From assembly GCA_965203885.1 (NCBI GenBank), contig OZ241920.1, positions 3,858,323-3,922,322 on the forward strand: 64,000 bases of DNA. Direction: 5' to 3'. Source of the DNA: a bacterium. GTDB taxonomy: Bacteria > JAAXHH01. Position numbers and translations under genes: made by a program. Of the stretch, positions 8,498-19,746 are shown one piece after another. A model generated the notes under the pieces. It ran no database searches, was not told the origin of the DNA, and worked only from the letters and a program-made list of their open reading frames with translations. Every line of letters begins with the position of its first letter. Positions within the stretch are counted from its first letter, which is position 1.

Positions 8498-9679
8498 ATG
8501 ACTACGGACGTATCAGCGGCAGGAACGGCGCCGGTTGCCGGATCTCGCAGAAGTGCCTGGTTATTGAACTACATCGATAGACGGCTGCAAGACAGCGCCA
8601 TCGGTTTCGAGATGACCACGCATGACGGGAATACCCACCGTTTCGGCGCCGGTCCCGCCAGCTTCAGGGTGAATATCACGCACCGGTCCGCGCTGAAGGC
8701 GATCTCCTCGCTCGACGAGGGAGCCATTGCGCAGGCCTATGTGGACGGCTGGTTCGACGTCGAAGGCGATTTCATCAAGATCTTCGACCTCCGGGAACAA
8801 CTGCATGACCGGCACCCGTTCCACCGGCTCTGGCGGTTCGCCGCGCCCCTGTTGATGGGGCAGATCGCGGTCAACAAGTCGTCCATCAGGCGCCACTACG
8901 AACGGGACGCCGAGTTCTTCCTCACCTTCCTGGACGAGAGTTTCCATTGCTACACCCAGGGTGTCTTCCTGTCGCCGGACGAGGATCTGGAAGTGGCGTT
9001 TCGCCGAAAGATGGATCATGTCGTCGAAGAATGCCGGTTGGCTCCCGGCAGCCAGGTGCTGGAGGTCGGCCCCGGCTGGGGCGCGTTCGCGGCGCACGCG
9101 GCGCGCCAGGGGATCGAGGTGACGGGCGTCACGATTTCCACGAAGTCGCTCGAATTCATGGACCGTCTGACCGCCCGGGAGGATCTGCCCATCACCACCC
9201 TGCTGTGCGATTTCCTGGAGTACGATCCGGAGAAACAATTCGACGCCGTCGTGGTGCTGGGAATCATGGAGCACATGCCCGACTACCCGCGGGTGTTGGC
9301 GCGTCTCGACCGGGTGCTGAAGCCGGGCGGCCGGGTCTTCATCGACGCCGGCGCCTGTTCCCGGAAGTACGAGATGTCGTCGTTCATTTCGCAGCAGATC
9401 TACCCGGGCAATAATTCGTTCCTCATACTCCACGATTTCTTGAAGTCGATGACCTCTTTTCCGTTCGATCTGAAGGGCGTCTGGGACGACCGGATCAGCT
9501 ACTACCGGACTTGCGTCGGCTGGGCCAAGCGACTCGACTCCAACAGGGAGTTCATCGTCGAGAATTTTGGCGAGGCCGAATACCGGCGTTTTCGACTCTA
9601 CCTGTGGGGATCGGCGCACTGCTTCCTGCGCAACCGGCTGCAATGCTACCGGCTGGTGCTGGAAAAACACGCGTCCTGA
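8498..9679 (+). CDS. Cyclopropane-fatty-acyl-phospholipid-synthase-like class I SAM methyltransferase
   Basis: 393 aa. HYERDAEFFLTFLDESFHCYTQGVF and VLEVGPGWGAFAAHAA (SAM motif I) are typical of the CMAS family. Confidence 0.8.
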   Translation: MTTDVSAAGTAPVAGSRRSAWLLNYIDRRLQDSAIGFEMTTHDGNTHRFGAGPASFRVNITHRSALKAISSLDEGAIAQAYVDGWFDVEGDFIKIFDLREQLHDRHPFHRLWRFAAPLLMGQIAVNKSSIRRHYERDAEFFLTFLDESFHCYTQGVFLSPDEDLEVAFRRKMDHVVEECRLAPGSQVLEVGPGWGAFAAHAARQGIEVTGVTISTKSLEFMDRLTAREDLPITTLLCDFLEYDPEKQFDAVVVLGIMEHMPDYPRVLARLDRVLKPGGRVFIDAGACSRKYEMSSFISQQIYPGNNSFLILHDFLKSMTSFPFDLKGVWDDRISYYRTCVGWAKRLDSNREFIVENFGEAEYRRFRLYLWGSAHCFLRNRLQCYRLVLEKHAS

Positions 9680-9839
9680 CGGGGTCTTTCGGGATTCGGG
9701 TGGTCAGGCGGCCTCAAGAGACCGGCCTAGCCTTTACCCAGGTAAATGGGGGATACAACTGACAACCATTTTTTCAGAGCAGAAGACATGGCAAACTAGG
9801 CATTTATCAAATCAGTGGTGAGTTTTTGGCTTCTCTAAT

Positions 9840-10694
9840 CTAGTTTGCTTGCGGTCCTAGCCTCAAAATCTGAATGGCCCTGCGTTCTCCCTCAGTCGGT
9901 TTGATACGTCCATGATAGGGCTGTTCTGCGTGACACACTATGCAGAGAACAGCTAGGTTCTCCGATCGATTATCCCATGTAACACCATTCTTGTGATGTA
10001 CATGAAGCAAGTGCTGATGGTTAGGAGCTGAGAGTCCAACATGGCACTCGTCGCATCGCCAATTTCGTTTCTTTTTTACAGAGACTGATTTGCGAGACCA
10101 TTCAGAGACGTAGCCTCCTCGCGGCGACGTTTGATCCGAGTATTTGGGTAATGTCTGGAAAAACGTCTCGTATGTCTGGAAAAAATCGCGCAAGTTAAAT
10201 TGTACCCACAACTGATTCTGCTTCCGCGTATCCCAATTTGAGCTGTAGCCCTTCCAGTTGACAGCCCAAAGACAATTTTTGCAGACGCGCAGTCGGGCCT
10301 CGATTTCACTGCCTTCAATATCATTGACTGCGAACAATCCATCTTGTCGTGTCGTCACGACGTACCTTTCGAACCGACGACTCCTACGCATCTGCCGAAT
10401 AGTCGCACATTCATAGATATGAAATCGTCGTGCATCTTCAGGAAAGTTCTGGAGTATGTACGTGCTCTGTCTTGTTTCCTTAATGTATAGGACGATCTGC
10501 TCCCCTTTGAATTTAAGCAGTCTCCCAGGTCCGGGCCTTACCTCGGTAATCTGAGCGTCTATCCCAGTTGATAGTTTTCTCCTAAGTTCTCTTACGGGCG
10601 CTGGCACGTACGGTGCGAGACTCCAATTAGATGGCCTTGCACCCATCTGATGCACAAGGTTTTCGAGTGGCAAGAAGTTTACACCTGTCTTCAC
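9840..10694 (-). CDS. zorE: HNH endonuclease-domain protein (ZorE-like)
   Basis: 284 aa. The C-terminus reads CDECHVGLSAPNHQHLLHVHHKNGVTWDNRSENLAVLCIVCHAEQ, which is an HNH motif with Cys pairs. Its GTG start overlaps the upstream stop (GTGA at 10691-10694). Confidence 0.7.
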   Translation of the reverse strand: MKTGVNFLPLENLVHQMGARPSNWSLAPYVPAPVRELRRKLSTGIDAQITEVRPGPGRLLKFKGEQIVLYIKETRQSTYILQNFPEDARRFHIYECATIRQMRRSRRFERYVVTTRQDGLFAVNDIEGSEIEARLRVCKNCLWAVNWKGYSSNWDTRKQNQLWVQFNLRDFFQTYETFFQTLPKYSDQTSPRGGYVSEWSRKSVSVKKKRNWRCDECHVGLSAPNHQHLLHVHHKNGVTWDNRSENLAVLCIVCHAEQPYHGRIKPTEGERRAIQILRLGPQAN

Positions 10695-11395
10695 TGCACC
10701 GTTTCCAATATCTTGACAATCTGCTCCTTAGTGTTAGTAAGCACTCGAAATTCAACGCGCCGTGATGCCACTGTGTCCTCTCGTGAACCTCGAAAAACCA
10801 AACGACTGGAAGAAAGACCATTCGCTGTGATGAGTTTGCGTGCCCATTTTCTTGATGGTCGAACCGATCGCAACCCCAAACAGTATTCTAGTACCGCGCG
10901 GGTTCTAGCTTGGGAGAGTTCCATGTTGTGAAAGTACGCCTCGTCCTCAGTTTGCGCACCATCCCACTCTGATGACGTATGGCCCTCGAGGCGGACCTCT
11001 ACAATTGCATTTCTATACCGTTCCAATACAAGAAGGTAGCGTGGGAAGAATTCTTCTAGGATCCGCTTGAACTTCGGCCTGAGTTCCGCCGCCGCCGAGG
11101 CAAACAGAACATCTGGCGCCTTGAAACGTATCGAGAGAGTCTCCCGATCCAACTCCGCGGCCCATCGCGGCAGATCGTTCTCGAACTCTTCGTTGAGTGA
11201 TTTGTGGATCTCCACCTCAGAATCTTGCCATGTGACAACGATCTCTCGGATTTTACTCTGGACCTCGACTATGGGCCGGATATAGGTAATCGCAATAAAG
11301 AGAAAAATGATCATGAGACCAGCCATCATGTCCGCGACAGATACCCATTGCTCATCGTCGGACCTGCTGCCTCGCCCGAACAGCTTTTGCGTCAT
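10691..11395 (-). CDS. zorB: MotB/OmpA-like stator subunit (ZorB-like)
   Basis: 234 aa. It has a single N-terminal TM helix with the conserved Asp (VSVADMMAGLMIIFLFI). The C-terminal OmpA-like region reads LEGHTS...NMELSQARTRAV...SRRVEFRV. There is an ATGA overlap with the upstream gene at 11392-11395. Confidence 0.75.
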   Translation of the reverse strand: MTQKLFGRGSRSDDEQWVSVADMMAGLMIIFLFIAITYIRPIVEVQSKIREIVVTWQDSEVEIHKSLNEEFENDLPRWAAELDRETLSIRFKAPDVLFASAAAELRPKFKRILEEFFPRYLLVLERYRNAIVEVRLEGHTSSEWDGAQTEDEAYFHNMELSQARTRAVLEYCLGLRSVRPSRKWARKLITANGLSSSRLVFRGSREDTVASRRVEFRVLTNTKEQIVKILETVQ

Positions 11396-12810
11396 CGATT
11401 GACGTCCCTTGCGATTGCGATTATGCGTCTAAGCTCTTCGACTAACGGCCCATAGTCACGCACAAACTTTTCTGACAAGGCGGCCAGGTGCTGTCCCATA
11501 GCTTGTATGTTCTGACGAAGTGCTTCCTGCGTTCTCCTTTCAAAACTATCAAATGTACTTGTGATCTTTTTCTCGGTCTTCTGGAACGAGGCATTAAGGG
11601 CATTTGTAAATCGTTTCTGCGATTCATTGGAATTGTCCAAGAGCGCGATGTACCCGTGTTGGAGTTCTTGATGGGCCTCTTGTTGGCGGCCCAGCACCTG
11701 AGCCGACTGTTCGACTACGTTTTGGACCGATTGCTGAAACCTGCTTGTCAGCGTCTCAAGATTCTTTTCGATCATAGGAAACGCTTCAAGGGCTTGAGTC
11801 TTCAGCGAAGAGATTGCATCTAGGTGGCCGTTGAGATCCTTCGTCGCGCCTGACAGTCGCACTTGGATCTGCTCCATATTGTCGAGCGTTTCTGGAATGC
11901 TCCCTGCGTAGCCGACAATTTCGCGCAGGGATTTTTCGGATTCTTTGATCCCCTGTAGCGCCGTGTCAAAATTCCGTTCCAGCTGTTCGACGTGCTCCCG
12001 ATATCTCTCCTGCCATCTGAGCAGTGCACCAACAGCCTCGTTGAGCTGCTTGAAATTGTCGCCGAATTGCTCGTTCAACTGGGTGTTGAAGTCACGAATT
12101 ACCTCTTCAAGAGCCTCAATGAGTGCTTTCGAATTGCTCTCGGCCATTGTTTTTGCGAACTCACGAAATTCCTTGATCAGATCCTTCTGGCCATCCATGA
12201 AGTCCATGCGGAGCCTCTGTACCTGAGTAAGCAGACTGCTCTCGCTATCAGCAGAGATCGCCTTTCTCAGATTTTCCAAGGCCGTGCGCTGCTGTTCGGC
12301 TCCGTTGTCGATGGCCTCCTTGATCAACTCTAGAGTCCTGTGGATGGCAATGGCGGGATTTTCCTCCTCGACCGTGCCATCATGCCTTCTTGCATGTAGA
12401 AATCGAAGGCGAATCGCCATCAAGATGCCGAGAATACTGGTCAAAAATGCAAATTTCAGACCCTCCAACAATCGGGGCACACTCTCATCGATTTTCTCTA
12501 CATTGAAACCAATGAGGCCCCAGAAGATTCCGACGAAGGTACCGAGCACACCGATCGTGGTCAGCAAAGCGGGTCCACGAGCGTAAAGTGGACTATCCGG
12601 TGGCTGGCCCTTGAAATGGTAAAAGGCTATGAAAATCGCGGCAGTGGATATACCCAGAATCCCGACAGTGGATATATCAATCTCAAAGACAAAGATCCCC
12701 AGAATACCGACAGTGACAAGAACCAGAATTACGATAGCCGGCACAGTCTGGTCCTGAGATTTCGGCTGTGAATGACTACCCTTCACCTCTGCCATATTTC
12801 TGCCTTGCAC
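11392..12810 (-). CDS. zorA: MotA/ExbB-like proton-channel protein with a long coiled-coil tail (ZorA-like)
   Basis: 472 aa. N-terminal TM helices carry LLTTIGVLGTFVGIFWGL...LKFAFLTSILGILMAI, the MotA_ExbB signature. About 300 aa of heptad-like, Glu/Gln/Leu-rich helix follow. The real start may be the ATG at 12795 (MAEVKG). Confidence 0.75.
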   Translation of the reverse strand: MQGRNMAEVKGSHSQPKSQDQTVPAIVILVLVTVGILGIFVFEIDISTVGILGISTAAIFIAFYHFKGQPPDSPLYARGPALLTTIGVLGTFVGIFWGLIGFNVEKIDESVPRLLEGLKFAFLTSILGILMAIRLRFLHARRHDGTVEEENPAIAIHRTLELIKEAIDNGAEQQRTALENLRKAISADSESSLLTQVQRLRMDFMDGQKDLIKEFREFAKTMAESNSKALIEALEEVIRDFNTQLNEQFGDNFKQLNEAVGALLRWQERYREHVEQLERNFDTALQGIKESEKSLREIVGYAGSIPETLDNMEQIQVRLSGATKDLNGHLDAISSLKTQALEAFPMIEKNLETLTSRFQQSVQNVVEQSAQVLGRQQEAHQELQHGYIALLDNSNESQKRFTNALNASFQKTEKKITSTFDSFERRTQEALRQNIQAMGQHLAALSEKFVRDYGPLVEELRRIIAIARDVNR

Positions 12811-12865
12811 CTAACGAAAATCACTAGGGAACCGTCTAGACTGGGCCAAAATCTGGGTACTATAT

Positions 12866-13530
12866 CTATGTTGGTTCATAAAAACTTGGGTCGGAATAGT
12901 TGATATCGCGAAACATGTCGGCATTGCGGAAGAAGATGTGGAGAACCGCATTGCGTGACAGACCGAGCTCCCCTGCCGCAGTACGTATGGACCCGCCCTT
13001 CAGGATGGCGTTTACAATGGCCGCGTCTCGCCGACATCTGGCTTCCCTTCGCTTCTTCCCTGGCGGTCTCCGCTTGGCTCGTTGCCGATCGATCCACGCC
13101 GGTGTGAGCCAATTACCGCCTGTCCAGACCACACATTAGTTCTCGACCATTTTCGCTGTTGAGCAGACTTCGCCGGAAGGAAAACGGCCAAGTCCTTCCT
13201 GTTCGAATCTCGCATTGCACATTTCGGAGGCGACTATGACAGCAATGTGGTGGCTCTCCTTCCGCCCCATCCACCGCATGAGTTCCCAGAACAGATCGAC
13301 GTTCCGACCGACACACCAATACGAAATTTAATGGGGAATTGTCAACCTGAGGGAGTCGTCTTGCAAGTTCCTGTAGGAATTTCCCGCGCTTGTGAAGCCA
13401 CTGGGTAGTCGTGGATCTGTAGGCCAGGACATTGGGTTTCTAGTCATAGAGCCGCCGTAGCCGCGGTCGATCTTACTCTGCTCGTGGCAATACGAGTCGA
13501 CTCGCCGGAGGAGGCTAATCCCTTGCTGAT
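12866..13530 (-). pseudogene. Decayed serine recombinase (resolvase/invertase); only the C-terminal HTH is still in frame
   Basis: ORF 12866..13132 ends with RRPPGKKR...IVNAILKGGSIRTAAGELGLSRNAVLHIF, a resolvase-type HTH. Upstream, different frames read ...GRNVDLFWELMRWMGRKESHHIAVIV...FEQE... and ...STRIATSRV.... These resemble catalytic-domain segments broken by frameshifts and stops. This is a hand reading and is weak. Confidence 0.4.
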
Positions 13531-13614
13531 TGCGCGAGGCATTATTGTTGATACGTCTAGCTAGTTCCCACCCAGAAAGTCCGATTTTGGGGGAGTGGAG
13601 AGAGCGAGGGGAAC

Positions 13615-13789
13615 TTTAGCAATCGGCTGGAGCCCGAGGAGAATCTGCCGATAACCACCCTGAATGTCCGATTTCCTGGAGTTCGAGTCGGAGAAACAGT
13701 TCGACGCCGTCTTGGTACTGGGAATCACGGAGCATATGACCGACTACCCGTCGGCACTTGCGCATATTGACCGGTTGCTGATAACTGCG
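13615..13789 (+). pseudogene. Fragment of a paralog of the methyltransferase gene at 8498..9679
   Basis: 13637..13775 aligns by hand to 9178..9315, roughly three quarters identical. Example: ...CGATTTCCTGGAGT.CGA.CCGGAGAAACA.TTCGACGCCGTC..GGT.CTGGGAATCA.GGAGCA.ATG.CCGACTACCCG. It covers residues near EDLPITTLLCDFLEYDPEKQFDAVVVLGIMEHMPDYP. It has a 1-nt indel and lacks both gene ends. Confidence 0.7.
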
Positions 13790-14176
13790 TCAGGCCGCGT
13801 GAACGTCAGTCAGGGAAAAATCCCCGCCCTTGAAAAGAAGCGGCTCGCCGCTCAATTCAGCGAGCGCATAGGAGAAGCAATCTCCGAAATTCAATCCTGC
13901 GGGATGATTGCCCTTGCCGAAACGCCGCCAAGCCCGACGAGCGGCGTCGGCATGTTCGCGCGTTACCGGAACCAACTCGATTTCGGCTCTGGCCAGGAGT
14001 CGATCAAGTTCGTGTCCGGCCGCCATCCCGCCCCTGCTCTCTACAACAATTGCAGCCTCAAGCAATCCGGCCGCCGACATGCGACGGGGCCAAGCTGATG
14101 CGATCGCTTGTTCGAAGCGGCGAGCGTCGGCTTCACCGAACAAAACGGCCAGAATTGCGGAAGTATCGATGATCAT
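13790..14176 (-). CDS. vapC: VapC PIN-domain toxin
   Basis: 128 aa: MIIDTSAILAVLFGE...GLNFGDCFSYALA. There is an ATGA overlap with the upstream antitoxin at 14173-14176. Confidence 0.85.
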   Translation of the reverse strand: MIIDTSAILAVLFGEADARRFEQAIASAWPRRMSAAGLLEAAIVVESRGGMAAGHELDRLLARAEIELVPVTREHADAARRAWRRFGKGNHPAGLNFGDCFSYALAELSGEPLLFKGGDFSLTDVHAA

Positions 14177-14430
14177 TTGGGCAAACCTCGATCATCGTAG
14201 AGCAGGTCACCGTGATCCGTAGCCGAGGGTCCCGGCGCCATTAAACGAGAGCAGCGTTGTCCGATGGCGTGGAGTTCTCGAACCAAGGCATCGGAACTGC
14301 GGCGGTGGTTTTCTCGCTCAAGCCGTTCGCGCAGTGCAATAGTGATTGCCCCCGTCATGGTTTCGCCGGTCAGGCGGGCAAGTGTGCGAGCCAATCGGCA
14401 GGTTTCCTGGTTCTTGATGTTGAGGCCCAT
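14173..14430 (-). CDS. vapB: VapB-type antitoxin (Rv0623/PSK-operon-regulator-like)
   Basis: 85 aa: MGLNIKNQETCRLARTLARLTGETMTGAITIALRERLER. It is the in-frame tail of track ORF 14173..14982. Confidence 0.75.
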   Translation of the reverse strand: MGLNIKNQETCRLARTLARLTGETMTGAITIALRERLERENHRRSSDALVRELHAIGQRCSRLMAPGPSATDHGDLLYDDRGLPK

Positions 14431-14529
14431 GGTGTTCCCTTTTAGCGCAAATGGTAGAAGAACGCCATCTATTTCTACCCTAGTCGAGCCCGTGCCGTCA
14501 ACGGCACCCGTGTCGCTGAATCTTGCCAG

Positions 14530-17078
14530 ATGACACCGCCTTGGCTCAAAATGGCGGTGGCTCCCACGATGAAATACCGATCCGGAACCCTCCTCATTCT
14601 GATCCTGGCCGCCTGTCCTCTGCTGGGTCAGTTCCAGGATGACGCGACGCCCGACGGGGCGCTGCTTTTCCGGGAGACCGTCCGGCCAATAATCGAGAAC
14701 CGCTGTCTCGCCTGCCACAACCAGAAGGTTCGCAGCAGCGGCCTCTCGCTGGAGAGCCGCCCGGAGGTCCTCACGGGGGGAAACCGGGGTCCCGCCGTTC
14801 TGCCCGGAGACTCGGAGCAGAGCCGGCTGATCCTGGCGCTGGCCCATTCGTCCGATCTGAACATGCCCCCGGGCGGAAAGCTGCCCGACGCGGAGATCCA
14901 GGCGTTGCGTCAGTGGGTGGCGCTGGGGGCTCCCTGGGACGAGTCCGCAGATTCCGGCCAGGGGGGACACTGGTCCTTTCAACCCGTCCGGCGTCCCGCG
15001 CCGCCCCAGGTCTCCGATGCGCGGTGGGTCCGCTCACCCGTCGACAATTTCATCTTGCGGCAGTTGGAGGAGGAGGGGCTGGAACCGTCCCCCGAAGCCT
15101 CCCGGATCACGCTGCTGCGCCGCCTCAGCCTGGATCTTCTGGGCCTGCCGCCCTCGCCGGACGCCGTCGACCGATTCCTGGCGGACACCCGCCCCGGCGC
15201 CTACGAACGGCTCGTCGAGCGTTTGCTGGCTTCGCCCCACTACGGAGAGCGGTGGGGCCGGCATTGGCTGGACGTGGCCCGCTACGCCGACTCGGACGGG
15301 TTCTCCGACGGACCCCGCCAGATCTGGATGTACCGCGACTGGGTGGTCCGCTCCCTGAATCAGGACCTGCCGTTCGACCGGTTCGCCACCCAGCAGTTGG
15401 CGGGCGACCTGGTTCCGGATGCGCCCAAGGAACAGATCGTCGCCACCGGATTCCACCGCAACACCCTCCTGAACCTGGAGGGGGGCATTGACGTGGAGCA
15501 GTATCGGGTCGAGCGGGTCGTGGACCGGGTCGAGACCACCGGGGCCGCCTTTCTGGGCCTGACCGTCGGTTGCGCCCGCTGCCATGATCACAAGTACGAT
15601 CCCGTCTCCCAGAAGGAGTTCTTCCAGCTCTATTCCTTCTTCAACAACATCGAGGAGAGGAGCCCCGAACTGGAAGAGACGGACCGGCCGCGGCACTGGC
15701 CCTTTCTGGAGTTCGGGACCGACCGGGAATTCGCCCGGCGGGACATCATCCGGAGCCAGTTGGCGCTCCTGGAAAAAGAACTGAAGACCTACGAGAAAGA
15801 CCTTCTGGACCGCTTGCCGCAGTGGGAGCAGGAGCTGGACCCGGAACGGCGGCGCGAGTTCCCGCTCGAGATCCAGAGGATTCTGGCGTTGCCGGCCGAA
15901 GAGCGGAACGAGATCCAGCTCAAGACCCTGCATCTGCTCTACAAGGAGCAGGACCTGGGCTTCTCGACCCGGAAGGCCGGCATCGACTCCCTGAAGCAGG
16001 CTGAACCGAAGCTCCGCAGCACGCTGGTGATGAAGGAGTTGCCGGAGCCCCGGGAGGCCTATGTCCATCTGGGCGGCGAGTTCACCCGCCGGGGAGATCC
16101 GGTCCGGCCGGACGTGCCCGCGGTCCTGCCTCCGCTGGACGCCCGGTCCCGGCCCGACCGGCTGGACCTGGCCCGATGGCTGGTGGATCCGGAGCATCCC
16201 CTCACCGCCAGAGTCACCGTGAACCGGATTTGGCAACGTTACTTCGGCACCGGACTGGTGGAGACCGAGAACGACTTCGGGATCCAGGGCGCCCACCCGT
16301 CCCATCCGGCGCTTCTGGACTGGCTGGCCTCCGAACTGATACGCCGGCGCTGGAGCTTGAAGGCGATGCACCGCCTGATCGTCACCTCATCGACCTATCG
16401 TCAGTCGTCCCGCCATCGGGAGGACGCCTCCAAGGTGGACCCGGACAACCGGCTGCTGGCGCGGCAGCACCGCCTGCGCCTGGAGTCGGAGGTGGTGCGA
16501 GACGTCTGTCTGTCCGCCAGCGGACTCTGGAACCGGACCGTCGGAGGTCCACCCGTCTTTCCTCCCCAGCCCCAGGGCAGCAGCCGCCTGGGACATTCCA
16601 AGCGGGAGTGGGTCGCCAGCCAGGGTGAAGATCGATACCGGCGGGGCCTCTACACGCACTTCTGGCGCTCCACCCCCCACCCGGCCCTGATGGTCTTCGA
16701 CAGCCCCAACGGGATCACCACCTGCACCCGGCGAAGCCGCTCCACCTCGCCCCTGCAGGCATTGACCCTGCTCAACGACGAGGCCTTCTACGAGTTCGCC
16801 CAAGGTCTTGCCCGCCGGGTGCTCCGGGAGGGTCCGGACCAGGACTCGGAGCGTATCGGCTACACCTTCCGCGTCTGCCTGTCCAGAATGCCCAGCGCGG
16901 AGGAGACCACTCAGTTGAAGCGCTTTCTGGACCACCAGAGGAGCGATCTGGCGCGGCACCCGCAGGAAGCCCGATCATTGTTTTCCCTGGATTCCGAGGA
17001 CGAGGATCCGCAGGAACTCGCGGCCTGGACCCTCCTCTCCAGCGTGCTCCTGAACCTGGACGAGTTCATCACCCGGGA

Positions 17079-17082
<4 letters not shown>
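14530..17082 (+). CDS. PSCyt1/PSCyt2/PSD (DUF1549/DUF1553) protein, intact paralog
   Basis: 850 aa with CLACHN, HYGERWGRHWLDVARYADSDG, GLTVGCARCHDHKYDP and a C-terminal NLDEFITRE. The signal peptide fits better from the M at 14569 (MKYRSGTLLILILAAC). Confidence 0.85.
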
Positions 17083-18539
<1,457 letters not shown>

Positions 18540-18575
18540 TTTGGTTCCACCGGCTCCCGCCGCTCCACCGAGATC

Positions 18576-19604
18576 ATGAAAGCCGCCATCTATCGGGGTA
18601 TCGGGCGAATCGGTCTGCAGGAAGTGGAGCGGCGTCCGCCTCAGCCCGGATACGTCACCATCGATACCCGCCAGACCGGCATCTGCGGGAGTGACCTGCA
18701 CGTCTACTGGGGGCACTGGCCCCAATCCAGAACCCTGGCCCTGGGACACGAGACCTCCGGCGTCGTCGTGGAACTGGGCGAAGGGGTCACGGGAATCGAG
18801 CCGGGAGACCGGGTCGCCATCGAGTGCTTCTCCCACTGCGGCCGCTGCCGCTACTGCCGGTGCGGCCACTACAACCACTGCCGGGAGCGTCGCTGGGTGT
18901 CGCAGGATACGCATGGAGGTTTCGCCGAGTTCACGACCGCTCACGTCTCGGCCCTCTTCCGCCTCCCGGCGAGCCTGAGCTTCGAAGAAGGGGCCCTGGT
19001 CGAACCCCTGGCGGTCGGTTGCCGCGCGGTGGGCCAGACCGGCGCGACCTGGCGGGACCGGGTGGCGATCCTGGGAGGCGGAACCATTGGCCAGTTCTGC
19101 CTGGCGGCGGCGAAGGCGGCGAACGTGCGGGAGACCTGGATCACCGTCAAGTACCCGCAACAGGCCCGGATGGCCCGGGATCTGGGCGCCGACCACGTGT
19201 TCGTGCTGGGTGAGAGCGGCCTCGACGACTGGGTCAGCGGCCTGAGCCGGGGACCGCGGCCGGACGCGGTGATCGAGACGGTGGGCGGAGGAGGCAATTT
19301 CGACCTCGCCCTTCGGATTGTCCGGCCCCGCGGCACCGTGGTTCTGGTGGCCGGCTATCCGGAGCCCGTGGAGGTGGACCTGGGCCGGGTTATGGAATCC
19401 GAGGTTGTCGTGACCGGATCCCACTGCTACGCATCGACCGGTTTGGGAACCGACTTCGGCGCGGCCATCGACCTGATGGCGACCGGCCGGGTGGATGCGA
19501 CCCGCCTCGTTACCCACCGGTTCCGCCTGGAATCGGTCGAGGAAGCCTTCCGCGTCGCCGCCGACAAGTCTTCCGGGTCCATCAAGGTCCACCTCTGCCA
19601 ATGA
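18576..19604 (+). CDS. Zinc-dependent alcohol/polyol dehydrogenase (MDR family)
   Basis: 342 aa with GICGSDLH, GHETSG and the structural-zinc motif CGRCRYCRCGHYNHC. Confidence 0.8.
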   Translation: MKAAIYRGIGRIGLQEVERRPPQPGYVTIDTRQTGICGSDLHVYWGHWPQSRTLALGHETSGVVVELGEGVTGIEPGDRVAIECFSHCGRCRYCRCGHYNHCRERRWVSQDTHGGFAEFTTAHVSALFRLPASLSFEEGALVEPLAVGCRAVGQTGATWRDRVAILGGGTIGQFCLAAAKAANVRETWITVKYPQQARMARDLGADHVFVLGESGLDDWVSGLSRGPRPDAVIETVGGGGNFDLALRIVRPRGTVVLVAGYPEPVEVDLGRVMESEVVVTGSHCYASTGLGTDFGAAIDLMATGRVDATRLVTHRFRLESVEEAFRVAADKSSGSIKVHLCQ

Positions 19605-19642
19605 TCCGATCCCACCGCCGCCACCGGTTGCCGGCGCCGCGA

Positions 19643-19667
19643 GGGCGGCCACCAGGGTCGCCCCTGC
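19643..19667. repeat. Degenerate solo copy of the GGGCGACCACAAGGGTCGCCCCTAC hairpin
   Basis: Reads GGGCGGCCACCAGGGTCGCCCCTGC and lies in the intergenic region. Confidence 0.5.
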
Positions 19668-19746
19668 GAACCAGGAGAGAAAATTGGGAAAGTCCACCCA
19701 AAAGCCCAAATTAGGTATCCTTGACGAAATCGAAGGCGAAAGTCCC

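Larger units (their letters stand above)
9700..13640. mobile_element. AT-rich genomic island (probable horizontally acquired defence island)
   Basis: Hand counts of 60-nt lines inside the island (10081, 10141, 11521, 12001) give 57, 37, 38 and 50% G+C. A core line (1021) gives 67%. The island contains a decayed recombinase and is bounded on the right by a methyltransferase gene fragment. No direct-repeat ends were found. Confidence 0.55.
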
